64,000 nucleotides of DNA from Phoronis australis (taxonomy: Eukaryota > Animalia > Phoronida): contig NMRA01000109.1 of NCBI GenBank assembly GCA_002633005.1, positions 230,256 through 294,255 of the forward strand, in the 5' to 3' direction. This document shows, piece by piece, positions 26,782 to 40,456 of the stretch. Under the pieces are notes generated by a model. The model was not told where the DNA came from and searched no databases. It saw only the letters and a list, made by a program, of their open reading frames with translations. The translations under genes and the position numbers were made by a program. Position 1 is the stretch's first letter. Each line of letters starts with the position of its first letter.

Positions 26782-28770
26782 AACCACGTGTTGGAGACCG
26801 TTCCGCTGATCTACTTCCTGGTGGGAAGAGCGAAGACCGTGCAAAATCTCGCCCATTACGGCGTTTTCACATTTCTCCCAACTTGTTCGATTCTATAGCC
26901 GAACAACAAGTTTATCCCCTATAGCCGATCTCTTACACGACTGATTATCTCCATTCTGGCATTCATGGTTGGAGGACCAGCTCTATTTTGTTTGATAATT
27001 GCTCTACTCTTCAGTAAGATCGTATCTAGCCAGACTGGGCTGTGCTGTTAAAAATAAAAGTTATTTTATAACATGTTTAGAGATAAACTAATAGCATTTC
27101 TGAAACCCTCGTCAAATGGTGATTATGTTTAGTTTTTGAATCACCAAAATCGCCCAAGTGCATTCGAAGTTACGATAACCTATTCTTTAAAAATGTACCA
27201 TTTCACTCAGGCTTTGACGGTGTTCACACGTGGTCTGTAATAAGACTGGTAGATAATTGGTCTGCCTGTTGTCATAACAGACAAAAGGCTGTGCGTGGCA
27301 GTTACCAAAGAAGCTAGATGTTATCACACGCTTACAACCCCCTACGTCTGGTAAAGTCACTGAACGGGAAAACGCTGTTAGGAGGCACTAAACAGTTCTC
27401 ACAGGGGCTTGGACTATTCACCCTTTATTCACTCTGTCAAAAACTGCATGCAAAAAAAGAAAAATTAGAGTCATTTCACATCACAAAGCTTACAGATGAG
27501 CACAAAAACTTTATTCTCTCTCGTATTTTTGACCCTTTCACTCCCAGCGGAAACCAAGCCAGACTAAGAAAAATAAGCGTAAAAAAGCAAAATCGGCACT
27601 TTTCACCCCAAAACCACCACTTTCCTTTCGATGCTCGACTAAAGCCAACGGAAAGCAAATTTCCTACAGATTCCAAAAATGTTGTCCAAATACTGTCAAC
27701 CAACTAGTGTTTTTTTTTTTGAAAATCTGGCTTGTTTGAGTTCTACCTGAAATCGCGGCCAATTTCTCAGTTGCCACACAGCAATGCACAATTGCACCAT
27801 GGGGCCACCATCTTGAAGAAGAGCGTAGCTACAGCCGAGTAAGTGGCCTTTTTTCATTCTCAGCATGTTCACAAATACAAACAAACCACATTGACTGAGC
27901 CTACATGCAGTGCCTACTGACAAAATGCCCCCAAACTTGGCCTACCTCAAATATTTTGGGAGTGCAAGTTGGTTGTAGCCGCAGCCTAACTGTTCAGTGC
28001 CACCTTATGAGAGAACAGTGAGTCATTAGCATCAAAATGGTGGACACCAAGGTAATCGATCAGCGAAGTCGGAGTGTTGAATACAACAGAGTTTATGGGA
28101 CAACGGTTTGGATTTTGAGACTATGTAGTTTCAACTTGTACAAACTAGTACTTCACCACGCTAAGGTGAATTAGGTACTAGGACAAAATATACCAGAGAG
28201 TTAAAGAAAATTAGCGTATCACTGAAGTAACATTTTCTTGAGACACCTCAGTGCCCCCTACATGCGTTTTATTTGTGAAAAAATGTCTGCCTATCGGTAT
28301 CGTTCCTTGGTATAACCTGAAGTAGAGAAATCCAATCACCTTCCGGAAATTGGGTCCGTGCAAATGCATACTTAGTCGATCTCCGGTTTCGGCGTACCAA
28401 GAAATGGTGTTCGAAATTCCAGTTAAAGATTAGTCGAGGTCGAGGACATTTCATCAAATTTAGTTGAGTGAGCCTTTTGGAACCATTCATTGCGTGGACC
28501 TAAAAGATGAACTAACACTGACAAAAATGAGCTCCCCCATAAGCCCAGACTGAAAATGTTTGGTCAGACTCAGTTAAATATGGCTTGAATAGCTTAAAGT
28601 ATATCTCAAACGTTAACACCTGTAAATTTGGTTCCCACAGTTTGTTAAGAGCATGGCTCTGAGACCACCAGTCCATAATTTTCCAAATATAACAAACTGT
28701 TGGGAGCATTAACTTGTTTTTATCTACGTGACCGCGACAATCACATTTCGATTCAAACAGCTGCAAATAC

Positions 28771-29111
28771 CACTCTCGCGCGGATTTAGGGGGGAGGGGG
28801 CAGGATGCCCGCCCCCCTTGTATGCCGCAAAAATAAAACAACAATAGCGTAAGGAATTGACAATTAACCACGATAATGAATACGCGGCTGAAGGGGGAGT
28901 GGGACGCACACTCCATTCTAAGTGTCCGGCCCCGACGATCTGCGCAACCGCTTTGGTTTTTTAGTTCTCTATTTATTTTTGCAGTAAAAGGTTCAGGCAC
29001 TCGAGTCGAGTCTCGCTGTCTTCAGGCAGCGTGCGCGCCCGTAATCGTGCCTTGTTCAATTGCCCCAGACAAAATGTTGTCCCCCCTTACGGTATCTTAG
29101 ATCCGCCACTG
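28771..29111. mobile_element. hAT-like MITE
   Basis: GCGGATTTAGGGGGG at the left and AGATCCGCCACTG at the right. No TSD recognisable. Confidence 0.45.
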
Positions 29112-29254
29112 CTATTCAATACAACTGTTATCGACCTTCTGTTGTTTGCGGTGACGCAACATGGGACGAAAAGGCAGCTTCACTTATCATTTGACTGGCG
29201 TGATTGAACTCGCGTTTTGGTACATACTAAGGGTTTGCTAGGACACTCTGGTTA

Positions 29255-29570
29255 GACCAATACATCTAAAATAACTAAACTCCGTTGAAGTTAGGCTTTA
29301 AACCTGCCTCCTGTTCAGTAACGCAAATTAGCAAGACTTCGCGAGGTTACGTGAGATACTGCCGTGTTTTTAATGATAATTTAACTGGATTTTTGCTAGG
29401 TCCTAACGTAGGTCCTTGCGCTAATGAACGCACGCCTGGTTTTACTAAACCCGCTCCCTAGTCTAACAAAACCACGTTGGTGAAATGCAAGTTAGACCTA
29501 AAATTAGATCAGGAAGACCAGGTTTAAAACTTAAACCTGGTTTGCTAAACCACCTTTATGAAATTGGCTG
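29255..29570. mobile_element. Harbinger-like MITE, with a partial inverted copy at about 31200-31345
   Basis: Ends CTTTATGAAATTGGC and contains the palindrome ACCAGGTTTAAAACTTAAACCTGGT. Its middle part matches the reverse complement of 31200-31345. Confidence 0.5.
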
Positions 29571-30250
29571 AAGATGTCCAAAGATATAGTCATCATGACT
29601 CATGCATTGCAAATGAAGCACCTGGACGCTCTAGTTTTGTTTGCCAGATTCTTGCGTCAATGGAGCGCATCTTAGGTTAACAACATGACCCCGTAAGAAC
29701 AAAACTTCATTTTGTTTCCGCTGTTGCAACCGTCTATTGTTGCACTGTCTTTACTGACATCGGGCAGTAGGTGTGGCTAGAAGGAGAGGATGCACCCAAA
29801 TAAATACAAATCGTGTAATCGTGCTTCGCGACAGTAAATCAAGGTTTAATTGGTGTATAAAGCGTTGCACATTTTCTATCTTTCATCTGCTTGGAGTTAA
29901 GCATTGATCTGCTGCTATAGTATTGTAGAGCAAGAGTCAGAAATTTCAAAGCTTGGATTCAGCTTTACTACAACCAATTCATAGTAACGAAGGGGCCGGG
30001 TGGGGGCATAAGACCTATAAGCAATGAATAAGGCATATTCTACACACGCTTGTTGTGCAGAGTGTTCTTCTACTCTTAGTTAAATACTTTCTTTTTAATA
30101 TATGTGATTTTAATTAGATCACTGTTCTTTGAACAAGTAATAAAAGTATTGGCCATTGTCAGAATTTAGACTGACACTGTTTTTGGTTTTATTTTGTTGT
30201 TTTGTTTGTGTTATTGATTGGCACGACCCCTGAGTACAGTACATTGATGA

Positions 30251-30780
30251 TGTAATTTGTTTGCTACAGTATAGTGTGGAACATTCTAGAAGAATCTAGC
30301 ATGACAGTCATTAATGCAGTGTGCAATATTCCAGAGACTAGTACATGTTTGTAGAATGATTGGGTAGATTCCGGAAAGTTCTAGCACATGTTTGAATTGG
30401 TGTAAAGTTCTAGAACATTGCATCAGACAATATATACCTGGGCACGGGTTTTTATTAGTCAGTTTTAGTTCAGCAGTTCAGAGTTAAACAGTAGAACAGT
30501 TGAGAGGATTACAGTTGAGTTGCACTGAAAAGAGTCAGCAATTACACCGATAGTCAACAGAGAGCCAACTCTAACGACAGCAGGTTATTGAATCAGCGAG
30601 TGTAATTGTTGGTCGAGGTGAATCAAAAGATAATTACAATTCAAGGCTTCGCAGCACTGGCTGAAGCGTAGAACAGAAATTACGTCGGACGTTTTGTTTG
30701 GGTAGGCTTGTGAACGTGCGGCGAGGTCAATAAAGTTATTAACTCTATCCTCCCACCGAAAGCTATTAGCACCGATCTGC
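30251..30780 (+). mobile_element. Solo-LTR-like sequence with clustered heat-shock elements; 3' end uncertain
   Basis: TGTAA start, nGAAnnTTCnnGAAn arrays at 30279, 30369 and 30408, TATATA at 30431, AATAAA at 30729. Confidence 0.5.
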
Positions 30781-32929
30781 AGGAGAGTGCACCAAAAATT
30801 AGCTGCAGCACTTGAGCTGCATTGAATTGATTTTCTTTATGAAAACGCAAGTACAAAAAAGATTTTCCTACTTACATGTAAGTGATGTCACTTGCTTGAT
30901 AAATCTCTTTCTGTGTTCTAAACTGGTGAAAATGAAACCAATTGTAAGTTCATGACACATATTTTAATGCATAGCAAATACCATGCAAACATGTTCTTTT
31001 ATTCCAAATCGGCTATATTTTGACGCAGCCTTTTCATCATATATTCTTCGGTTTTCTTACGTGAATGCATTTTCTTTTGCATTTAATTGACGAAAATCTG
31101 GGAAACCACGAACTTTTCATGCTGTTGAACCACGCGAACTTAAAATAACAACTTACTCACAAGCTGCCTTTGCCCGGCACCTTGTTCCTGCTGCCCAGGT
31201 TAGCAGTTGTACCCGGCTTGCGTTCAGTAACGCTAGGATCTACGCTAGGACCTAGCTAAAATCTAGACAAAGTCATGTGTTCGCATTTAAAATACACGGC
31301 AATATCTCACGTAATCTCCCAAAGTATTGCTGGCTACCTGGTTAATTCAAAGCGAATTTATCCATTTAAAGAAACAAAGTTTTTCAATTTAGCCCACATC
31401 ATTCCAAAATTCTCGATGAATCGCGAGGAATTCAAACGGTTAATTAGCCAAACACAAAACATAATATTTTATAAGGATTTAAGAAAAGTTACACGTACAT
31501 GTAGGTTTATGCTAAAAAGGACCGAAAGAAAACATGGATATCAAGGTATTTATGGATGACAAGAGAGTAATGCAAACCCATGCACCCGACTCTGTAAAGG
31601 AGCAAGCTTGACATTTCTGTAAGTGTTCGACCGATTTACTGACTTGCACGGCTGTCAACGATCGATTTCATTCCAAAGCGCTTATTCTGGCGAGTTTCCT
31701 CCTGCTGCGATGTCATTCGTCTCTTCGGCTCTTTTCTCCCATTCACTCTGAACGTTGATCCTCACTTGCAATATCCTGAAACATTCATTCATACTTCAGG
31801 AATCAGGTCCGCCGATACCTGCAATTGATAAAATCTACTAGGCTATATTCCGTGGGCATACGAGTAGGCATCCGTGCCTGGTTGCATGAATCATTTCCAA
31901 ATAGGGATTCGACTAAGTTCCCTAAATCTTCTGCGTGTTTATGATTGACTCAAAAGCCTACTATCGTTTAAATTTTTTTCTACGAATTTCTAATGCAATT
32001 TGCTAGTGATGTAACAAAAAACCAAGCCCTGAGATCAATGATAATAAATGGGGGTGTTGCATAAAAACGTCCTATTCATTGTAGATGATGTTGAAAATTC
32101 ACTCTTGATTTGCATTATTGACTAAGTAAAAAACCTAAAACAGCATTAGTAAAGAAAATCGGTGTTTTTACTAGTCCACAAATACGCACTACACTTAGGG
32201 AAGTGGGTCGAGTCCCTATCTGGGATTATTTCGTGCAACCGGGCACTGGGAGCACTCACTTAAGGCTGATCAATGTTTCACATCACCGTCAAGGGTTTAT
32301 TGAACGTGAAGAAAGGTAGCATACGTTATTCAATATCCACATTGAAAAAAAAATTAAAATGGATATCGGTCTTTTTTGTTCTGCAAATTCAACAAAACAT
32401 GATTTTACCGAGAAACATCATGACAGGTTAATCTACATTGATTACGTTTTGCTCAAAAAGCATCGTTTTCTCTGAAACTCGAGTGGGTTGTGCGGTACAT
32501 TTGCAGTTGGTATTGCTTTAAAAAACACAATTCTACTGAGATGAGTAAATATGACACGGCAATTATTTTTACTTATTGCCTGTACTGACACATAATGAAG
32601 CTTCAAATATGCTTACGGTTGCGTACACGTGCCATTGAGCAACTTTTAAAGAAAGTGCGAAATCTTGACCTTTTGATTATACATCCAAACTTAACATTTA
32701 TCTAATCATAGGACAGACGGGCCCAACATGCTTTAATATTCAGTTGACTGCTTTACCTGTCTTTGTTGAATTCATGGCGAAATCCCCAATGAAAACTGGA
32801 CGAAAATAAAAATATTTGGAAATTAGTAGAAGAAAAAAAGTGGTCGATTACTTTGATGGCGATGACGTGATCTGCATTTTATTTCCGATTTGTGTTTACT
32901 TAAAGCCAAGTGCATGGAATACTGGTGAC

Positions 32930-33240
32930 CATGGCTATGGTGATGAAGTTGCAATGACGATAATCATGGAAATGTTGATAGTGATGACGTTGCTATGTGT
33001 GATGATCACGTCCATGGTGATGGTGATGATGTTACTGTGGTGATGATCATGATAACACTGACCATGATGACGTTGCTATGGTGATGATCGTGATTATAGT
33101 GACGGTGTTGCTGTGAAAATGACCACGATGGTGATGATGTTACTATGGCAAGCGTCACGATCATGGCGATGGTGATGATGTTTCTATGGTGATAACCATA
33201 ACCATGGTGATAATGGTAACGGTGTTGATAGGAATGACGT
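32930..33240. repeat. Degenerate (GAT/GGT)n low-complexity repeat
   Basis: Recurrent GATGGTGATGATGTT-CTATGG units just upstream of the linker exon. Confidence 0.8.
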
Positions 33241-33279
33241 AGCTATAGCTTTGACTTATCGGGATCTTTTATTGCATAG

Positions 33280-33369
33280 TAAAAGTTGTGCCTAAGAAAC
33301 CGGAAAAAGACAAAGAAGTGAAAGTAGAGGTACCCCCAAAGACCGAGGACGATGGTGTGGACCCCACAG
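33280..33369 (+). CDS. Linker exon of the Kremen-like gene
   Basis: TTTTATTGCATAG acceptor, AG|GTAAT donor, 90 bp, phase 1-1, open: IKVVPKKPEKDKEVKVEVPPKTEDDGVDPT. Confidence 0.75.
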
Positions 33370-33929
33370 GTAATGTGTATATTTATTATTTGGCTCGTCT
33401 GTAAAAGCTAGGCTCACTTCATTCTGTGCCATATTAACAGATGTTAACTACAGCTTTCAGAGAAACGACGTAATACTTTGCAACCCATGTCAGGAGTAGA
33501 AGTTTTCGAACAGACGCAAAACACCATAATTATACACTCTGCTTGATGACAAACGTGACTAGCGCTTGAAGCAAGTAAATCGACGACAACGTCAAACCAC
33601 TTAGCGACATCGTGAGGAAGTTTTTAGCTGTACAATGGTTTCATGTGTTGGACCTCGCAAAAAGTACTAATTTTATAGCAGATGAAAGAACCAGATGAAA
33701 TCACTAAGGCAGGAATTAGTATTCATTTAAAACGTAGCCACACTCTAGCTTTACTCGAAATATTCTTGAATCTACGGAACTCAACCCAGTTTGATAGTAC
33801 ATGTAATTACGTGTGTATTACCGTAATGAATACGAATTAATATCACCATGTGTTTATTGACTCGCAAAACATTGACATTTACGAATTCATGGAATTCACA
33901 ACCCCATCAGAAAGCTCTTGATCACTTAG

Positions 33930-34954
33930 CAGGGCCGTAGGAAGCGGGGGGCCGGGGTGGGGGAACATGAGCCCCCCAAAAAATTTCAGGAGTCAGGGTT
34001 AAACCCTGGCAACCACACAGATGCGGGGCCGGGGATAGTCGAGAAACGAAAGATTGCGAAAAACCGATAAGAAAGAAAATTCAAGAGAACATCTAACAAC
34101 ACTTCAGTGCATGGTTTACCTTTTGAGGACCCTGGCAAGGACATTGTTGTTAGGGTCTCCGCTTGTGCAGCACAGGTCGTCTAAACGCACTTGAAAACGC
34201 GCACGTAATCATTCATACATATATTTCGAAAAATCGAGAAAATTTCTAAAGCGAAGCTTTCGCGGAGGGTACTAATTTAAAGGATTTTTAAATTCGATGA
34301 ATCAATTTTGTTAATGCAAAACTATATTTTTCCTGCGTACTTCCTAATTTATGCAAATTTAGATAATTTCCTATTTAGGGTCCTCGCACTCGAAGGAGGC
34401 CATATTGATGACATTCAAGTGGCCACACTTTTTGTGTTTTTACTGACAATTTCTTAAGAGGCCGCTCACGGAGAGAAGGTCTAATGATGGAATCGATTGC
34501 CAATATGATTCTTTTTTATGAAACTGTGCAACCAGCTTTAATGGTTAAGGTAATTTCCTGCATCTTTATGTGACCACACGACGGTCGCTCTTTTTTCCAA
34601 GCTTAAATATGTTTAGCCTTTCATCTTAAGGTGTCCCATTTCGGACAGAACCCTCGCTAAGTGGAGCAGTTTGAAAGAAGCGTCCCTTTGTTCCTTTATA
34701 CATGTAAATTCAACACTGCCACGTATTCAACAAGGAAATTTAGTTTCCAAATTCACCAAAAAACACAAAACATTTGTGACCAACACAGCGGTATCTAGAC
34801 ATTCGACCCAAACAACCATAAATGTGAAGAAAGTACAATAGGATTGACCGCTTTCGAAAGGGTAGAATTTTGAAGAACATGAAGACCACTGTGAATTATA
34901 CAGAAAGGACTATTTCCGATGGCTATTTATAAAACAAATTACAGTTTCCCATGG
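33930..34954 (+). mobile_element. hAT-like non-autonomous repeat, copy 2
   Basis: CAGGGCCGTAGGAAGCGGGGG terminus. Inverted homology to 13231-14355. Confidence 0.7.
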
Positions 34955-35629
34955 CTTCACAGGTTTTAACTTAAAAGTATCTCCTTTGAAGATGGTTACT
35001 ATGAAGTCTCGCTTGTAAGGAATTCCCACTGCGGAATCGGCTGTCTAGTCAACTATTTGTGATGACCGTGTACATGTCGAAAGGTAATACTCAAAGAACT
35101 CTCGCAATCATAAACCATAATTTCTGGGGTTTTCTTTTTCAATGGACTTTAAAATTACCCCGTGAACCGTTATATGTACCCCTGAAGTGAGCAAAAATAC
35201 ACCTTACGTAATACAAATGTCCAATCTCCCATATTATCCCGGTTACCCGTCAAAAATCTGAAAGCATGCTTGTGGAAGTTGCTTATAACATTCCGTTTTA
35301 ATAAAAAAATTCGTTGGTTTCTGATTTACTTGTTTTTTGTGTATCTACACAAATTCATAGATTCATACATCATCATATTGCAAGCTAATGTTGTAAGAAT
35401 TATATAACTTAATTGCAGCCTGAAGTTGGATAAACTCTATAATCCTATCCCCTAATAATAAAGTACACTTACACGATTTGTGCGTGACATAAAGGTTAAA
35501 AAGATCGATTTGTTACCACACATTATTTGTAAGAATGCTGCTGATTTATCACCAGGCAGGAAGACATGAGAAAAACTTTGCTTAGCGTTGTCATCGTAAG
35601 TCGATGAGTTTGGATACTTGCGTAAATAC

Positions 35630-35726
35630 CTGACAAGTCGACATGACGAATCCACGGTAGTCCTGCCCAATCCAAACACCGTCATTGTCGATGCTCAACA
35701 GTTGTTATGAGGAGCTGATGAGGAAA
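35630..35726 (-). pseudogene. Possible decayed kringle N-terminal exon
   Basis: TATTTTGTAG acceptor and CAG|GTATTT donor. HNNC(fs)SIDNDGVWIGQDYRGFVMST resembles the kringle C..GxxYRGxxxxT motif, but all three frames are closed. Confidence 0.35.
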
Positions 35727-37126
35727 CTACAAAATACAACATTGCAGTCAATAGTTCACTGCCTCCCAGGGACGCTTTTATAAGAAATGTAAAAAGCAAC
35801 GACTTATGTCACCAGTGCTCTCGTCATATTTCAGTTGTAGACTACTGTGATGATATCTAGTTTGATCACTACGAAACTGATTTTACCATGTTAGCTGACC
35901 ATCCTGATGACGTCATTAGATTACTCGCTGGCCGACAGTGACGTAATCATTATGGATGTGGAGACCAAGCGGTAACAGAAATGTTTAGGATATTGAGCAT
36001 TTGAAGAGATTTTAAGTGGTAAAAGCACCGGTCTTGGTGTAAGCGAGTGTCTGACAGACAGGGGTGAGAACTGGCGATTTGTAATTAAGAACTTTTTTAA
36101 GTAAATGTAAGAGAAGTTGAACGTTGTGATATCCTCAAATATTGGAACAGAAACATTGTTAATTTTGTCAATGGTATGACAAGAGTTGAAATTGTTATAA
36201 CTGGAGAATTTTTTACTTTCTAGTTATCGTTTTGAGTGTTTTGCCCGTGGTCATCATCCTTATGATTGTCGTCGCTGGGTGCGTACTGACCAGGGTTAAG
36301 AAACACCCCGAGAACGAAAACGAGGCAGCGACGAAACAGGAAGCACAGAAAGACCCCTCTGCTGACTCGAGCTAATTAACCGTTGCTGACGAGAACTCCT
36401 GATGTAACCAAGACAAACGTGAAACAAAAAACCGTTACTAAACGAGTAGAGAATCAGGATGATATGTTTTATTGGCACAAAGAAAACAAAGTTTAGACGA
36501 ATGAAAGCATGTACAACCGCAACGTATGTAAATATATCGTTTGATATAAATTTTGCAATTTTTTGGCTACTCGGTGTAGCTTTTCATTACCTGAATTTGT
36601 TCTCCTCACATGCCTCTTTCGTGGCATTTAGCATAGATGAAACAAGACACGTTTCATACCTTGACAAGTTGTTCTATGAAGAACATAATGCAGATGGAAG
36701 TAAAATTCCCTATGCGACTTCGTTTCGGCTATGACAACATGCGATATCTGAACCGTAAACTATAATTTTGGGTGAAGGGTTCAATCTTTGTAGTCGAAAT
36801 CAAACAAAAAAGTATTTTAAACATATTTCGGTCTACTTTTCAGTAACTCAATATAAGTGCCTATTCTCCGCTTGAGTACACTATGATTTAGCTGAGTGGT
36901 TGTGTAATCATTGATGACTCACACGTCACGACCTCAGTCTTACTCCGAGATTATGTGCATCTAGTGGCCACGTGTTACAAGCGGAAAATACAATATCTCA
37001 TTGGCTTTCATTTTTCAAGAACCATTATTGTTGGTATCGTGCGTCTTCTTTTAGTTCATTACAGGAAGCATTTTTCCTATACATGTATTAATGAATGCTG
37101 TAGTCACGCTACAAGTAAGTGGACTG

Positions 37127-37356
37127 TGATAACTCCATTGGAATGTGTTTATGTCCTGTATTTACATAATATTCTATCCTGTTGTTGTTTGTAGTTTACT
37201 GGTTCCTGTTTTGTAGTCAATACTGTATTAGTCATATATTCCTACAACCTAATGACTTGATGTACATTTCTGTATATATTCTATTATTTGTTGATATCAA
37301 TACAGTTTTAGTTGGACAGCAAACCGGTCAGAATCTGTTTTATTCACGGCATTTCA
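37127..37356 (+). repeat. 5' LTR
   Basis: TGATAACT...ATTTCA, ungapped match to 40457-40686. Confidence 0.92.
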
Positions 37357-37374
37357 TGGTAGCAGAACAAGGTT
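37357..37374 (+). promoter_or_regulatory. Primer binding site, tRNA-iMet type
   Basis: TGGTAGCAGA directly after the 5' LTR, complementary to the 3' end of animal initiator tRNA-Met. Confidence 0.85.
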
Positions 37375-40127
37375 AAAATGTCTTCAATTGTTAGCTACAA
37401 GAACCCCCTAGGTTTGGGGAAAACTGTCGGGAGTGGAAGCAAGAGATAGAACTGTGAAAGATTTGCTTTGTAAAAAACACGGCCTAGCGGTGAGTTTAAC
37501 TCTCACAGGGAGAGCGCGGGAAACTGCACTGCAACTGGAGGCCAAGGTCCTGGAGAAAAAGGACGGTCTAATAAAACTAGTGGAAGAACTAGGTCTATCT
37601 TAAGGAGAGCAAGGACTATGCTTATGAGGCATACAAAAATGTTTACACCTTTATGCATAAGAACGGTGAGCCAATTAGTGATTTTATTTGTGACTTTGAC
37701 GCCTTAAATAGGAAGTGTCACAAATATGACATGTTTTTGCCAGATGCTGTTCTTGCCTTCAAGCTTCTGGATGGGGCAAATCTTAGCAAAATCCAGAAGC
37801 AAATGACACTAACGGCTTGTACGGACTTAACGTATGGAAGTATGAAATCGGCACTTCCGCGAATGCAATATAATGTTAAAAGTGATGCATCAGAGGACGT
37901 TGCGTTAAAAGAGAAGGTCCTCTATGGGAAGTGGAGGAGAGCTCCACACAGCCAAAACAGATATGGCACATAGGGAACGAACCCATAAAACAAGTATAGC
38001 CGAAGAACACACTGTAGGATCTGCAATTCTGTGTTTCATAGGGGTAAAGACTGCCCAGAGAAGAAACAAAATCACGTTGATTGGTCACTGGACAATAACA
38101 TTGTTTTGCTGACAGAAACCATGAACTATGCTATTCTTGACACGGGGTGTTCAAGAACATTATATGGGCAAAAATTGCTGGACACCTATCTTGAGAGTCC
38201 ACCTGAAGTTGAAGTCAAGACAGTTCCCAGTAAGAGATCGTTCAAATTTGGCTTTGGGAAGAATATCGCGTCAACCAAGGCAGTAACGTTGCCAGCGCAG
38301 ACTGAGGACACTGTATGCGAAATTAAATTCGAGGTAGTTCCTGTTGACGTTCCACTACTGCTGAGCAATGAAAGTCTAAAAAGGGCAAACACAAAAATTG
38401 ACCTAAAGGAGAACCGAGGCATGGGCCTTAAAGGCTAAAAATCCATTGCACAATTCAGCTGGTTTTCGGGAGGAATCCAAATTTGCCATCAGTTTTAACT
38501 GATAATCTCCCTGTATTTAGAGGGCACGACCATGAGTGAAAAACTTGGTAATCACATCAATGCGATGTATGCAGCAAGAGATGCTTTTGCTAAAGCGGAA
38601 AGTTCTGAAAAGATAAGAAGAGTATTAAAGAAACAAACACGATCAGTCACTAATTCTTGTGATACTGGGATAGAGACCTGGTTTTTTCCGAATGGAAGGG
38701 TCCTAGCGTTATTATTGGAAGAGACGATCTACTGTTATTGTCAAACATGGGTCATAAATATATCTCCACGAAATGGGTGTGTACTCTTAAAAACACAGAG
38801 AATGGGGCGGTTTCAAAAGCCCGATTAGGTGCTAGAGGGTTTGAAGAATTTTAAAATTACATTCAAAAAGATTCATCAACATGTGCACATGAGTCATTGT
38901 GCTTGATTGTTTTAATTTTAGCCATGAAAAACTGGAAAATGAATTCAATGGACATTAAGACAGCATTTGTGCAGGAAAATCCTATTGAAAGAGAAATATA
39001 TATCAGATCCACCAAAGAAGAAAATGCGAACAGTAAATTATGGCGATTGGAAAAATGCGTATGTGGCCTAAGCGACGCTTCACTTAATTGGTATTTTCGG
39101 GTGAAATCAGTCACGTTAGAAAACGGGGGGAAGATGTCAAAGGTGGACGCTGTTGTATTTTACTGGATGAACGATAAAAATGAGGTCTATGGAATACTCG
39201 CATGTCATGTTGATGATTTGTATGGGGAGGTACAGAGGAGTTTGAGAATATTATTTCCAGAATTAGATCAACTTTTAAGGTTGGCAAAGAGAATAGTGAT
39301 GCATTCAAATACTGTGGGATAGAATTGCAATGCACTGGTGATAATAAGATATATTTGCATCAGAATAAATATACAGATGATTTGTTGCAAATTGATGTTA
39401 GTGCTAATGGAGCTAGTGAACAGGATTCTGTGTTGACTGAGAATGAGAAGCATGCTCTTACTGTATGTCCAAAGGTGGGCAATTGTTGTGGTTAGCACAC
39501 CAAAGTAGACCAGATTGACTGTTTGATGTTAGTGTTGTGGCAAACAATATTAAATTTTGTAGTGTAAAAGACATGCTAATGGTAAACAAGATTATTGACA
39601 AGGCGTAATCAACAAATATCTCTCTGAAATATCAATCCTTAGGACGGGCCAGTGGCTTGTGCTCGGCTTTGTTCAGTGATGCTACCTTGGGCAATTTTCC
39701 TGACGGTGAAAGTCAAGGGGGTTATTTCGTTGGTTTGATGAACAAGTCTTGGAAAATCACACTTATTTGTTGGAATTCTAAGAAAATCAGACGGGTAGTT
39801 AGAAGTACATTGGCAGCTGAAACATTAGCCATGGCAGAAGGCACTGATGTGTCTCTCTTCATAATGACACTTTTATGTGAATTGACGTGTGGGACACCAG
39901 ATTCAACTGCTGTACAACTGGTATGTTTTACTGATACTAAATCATTACTTGAGGCAATTAAGTCAGAAAAGTTTCTAACATAGAAAAGGCTTCGAATGGA
40001 AATCAGTGGTATAAAGGAACTCCTTGAAAACAAACAGATTACAGAAATTAAATGGAGTGATTCTAAATCTCAAGTAGCTGATTGTCTTACAAAACGTGGA
40101 GCATCCTCTCTTGTGCTGGGAAAAGTG

Positions 40128-40362
40128 TTAGAGACAGGCATGTTAGAGTTGTAGTTAGAGACAGGCATGTTAGAGTTGTACTTAGAGACAGGCATGTTAG
40201 AATTGTAGTTAGAGACAGGCATGCTAGAATTGTAGTTAGAGACAGGCATGTTAGAATTGTATTTAGAGACAGGCATGTTAGTATTGTAGTTAGAGACAGG
40301 TATCTTAGAATTGTAGTCAGAACATTAATTGTATACATGTTAGAGACAGGCATGTTAGAATT
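40128..40362 (+). repeat. 27-bp tandem repeat, 7 copies plus one partial
   Basis: Unit TTAGAGACAGGCATGTTAGA(G/A)TTGTAG, equal to the last codons of pol (LETGMLEL*). Confidence 0.92.
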
Positions 40363-40456
40363 TTAGATAGAACATTTATTGTTATGCATGTAAGTAAAAC
40401 TATATTATATAGTTTTTGATATACGGACTATCTTAAGGAAAAGAAAGAGTGGAATT

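Noticed and set aside
26800-27050. Apparent transmembrane terminal exon (RLIISILAFMVGGPALFCLIIALLF)
   Set aside because: No acceptor, an in-frame stop upstream, and the DNA matches the reverse complement of about 43480-43600, so it is probably a repeat.
36294-36375. Possible alternative terminal exon (VKKHPENENEAATKQEAQKDPSADSS*)
   Set aside because: The plausible reading is phase 2, incompatible with the phase-1 linker exon, and the polypyrimidine tract is weak.
40128-40362. CRISPR-like regular repeats
   Set aside because: Head-to-tail 27-bp units with no unique spacers, no cas genes, and a eukaryotic retrotransposon context.
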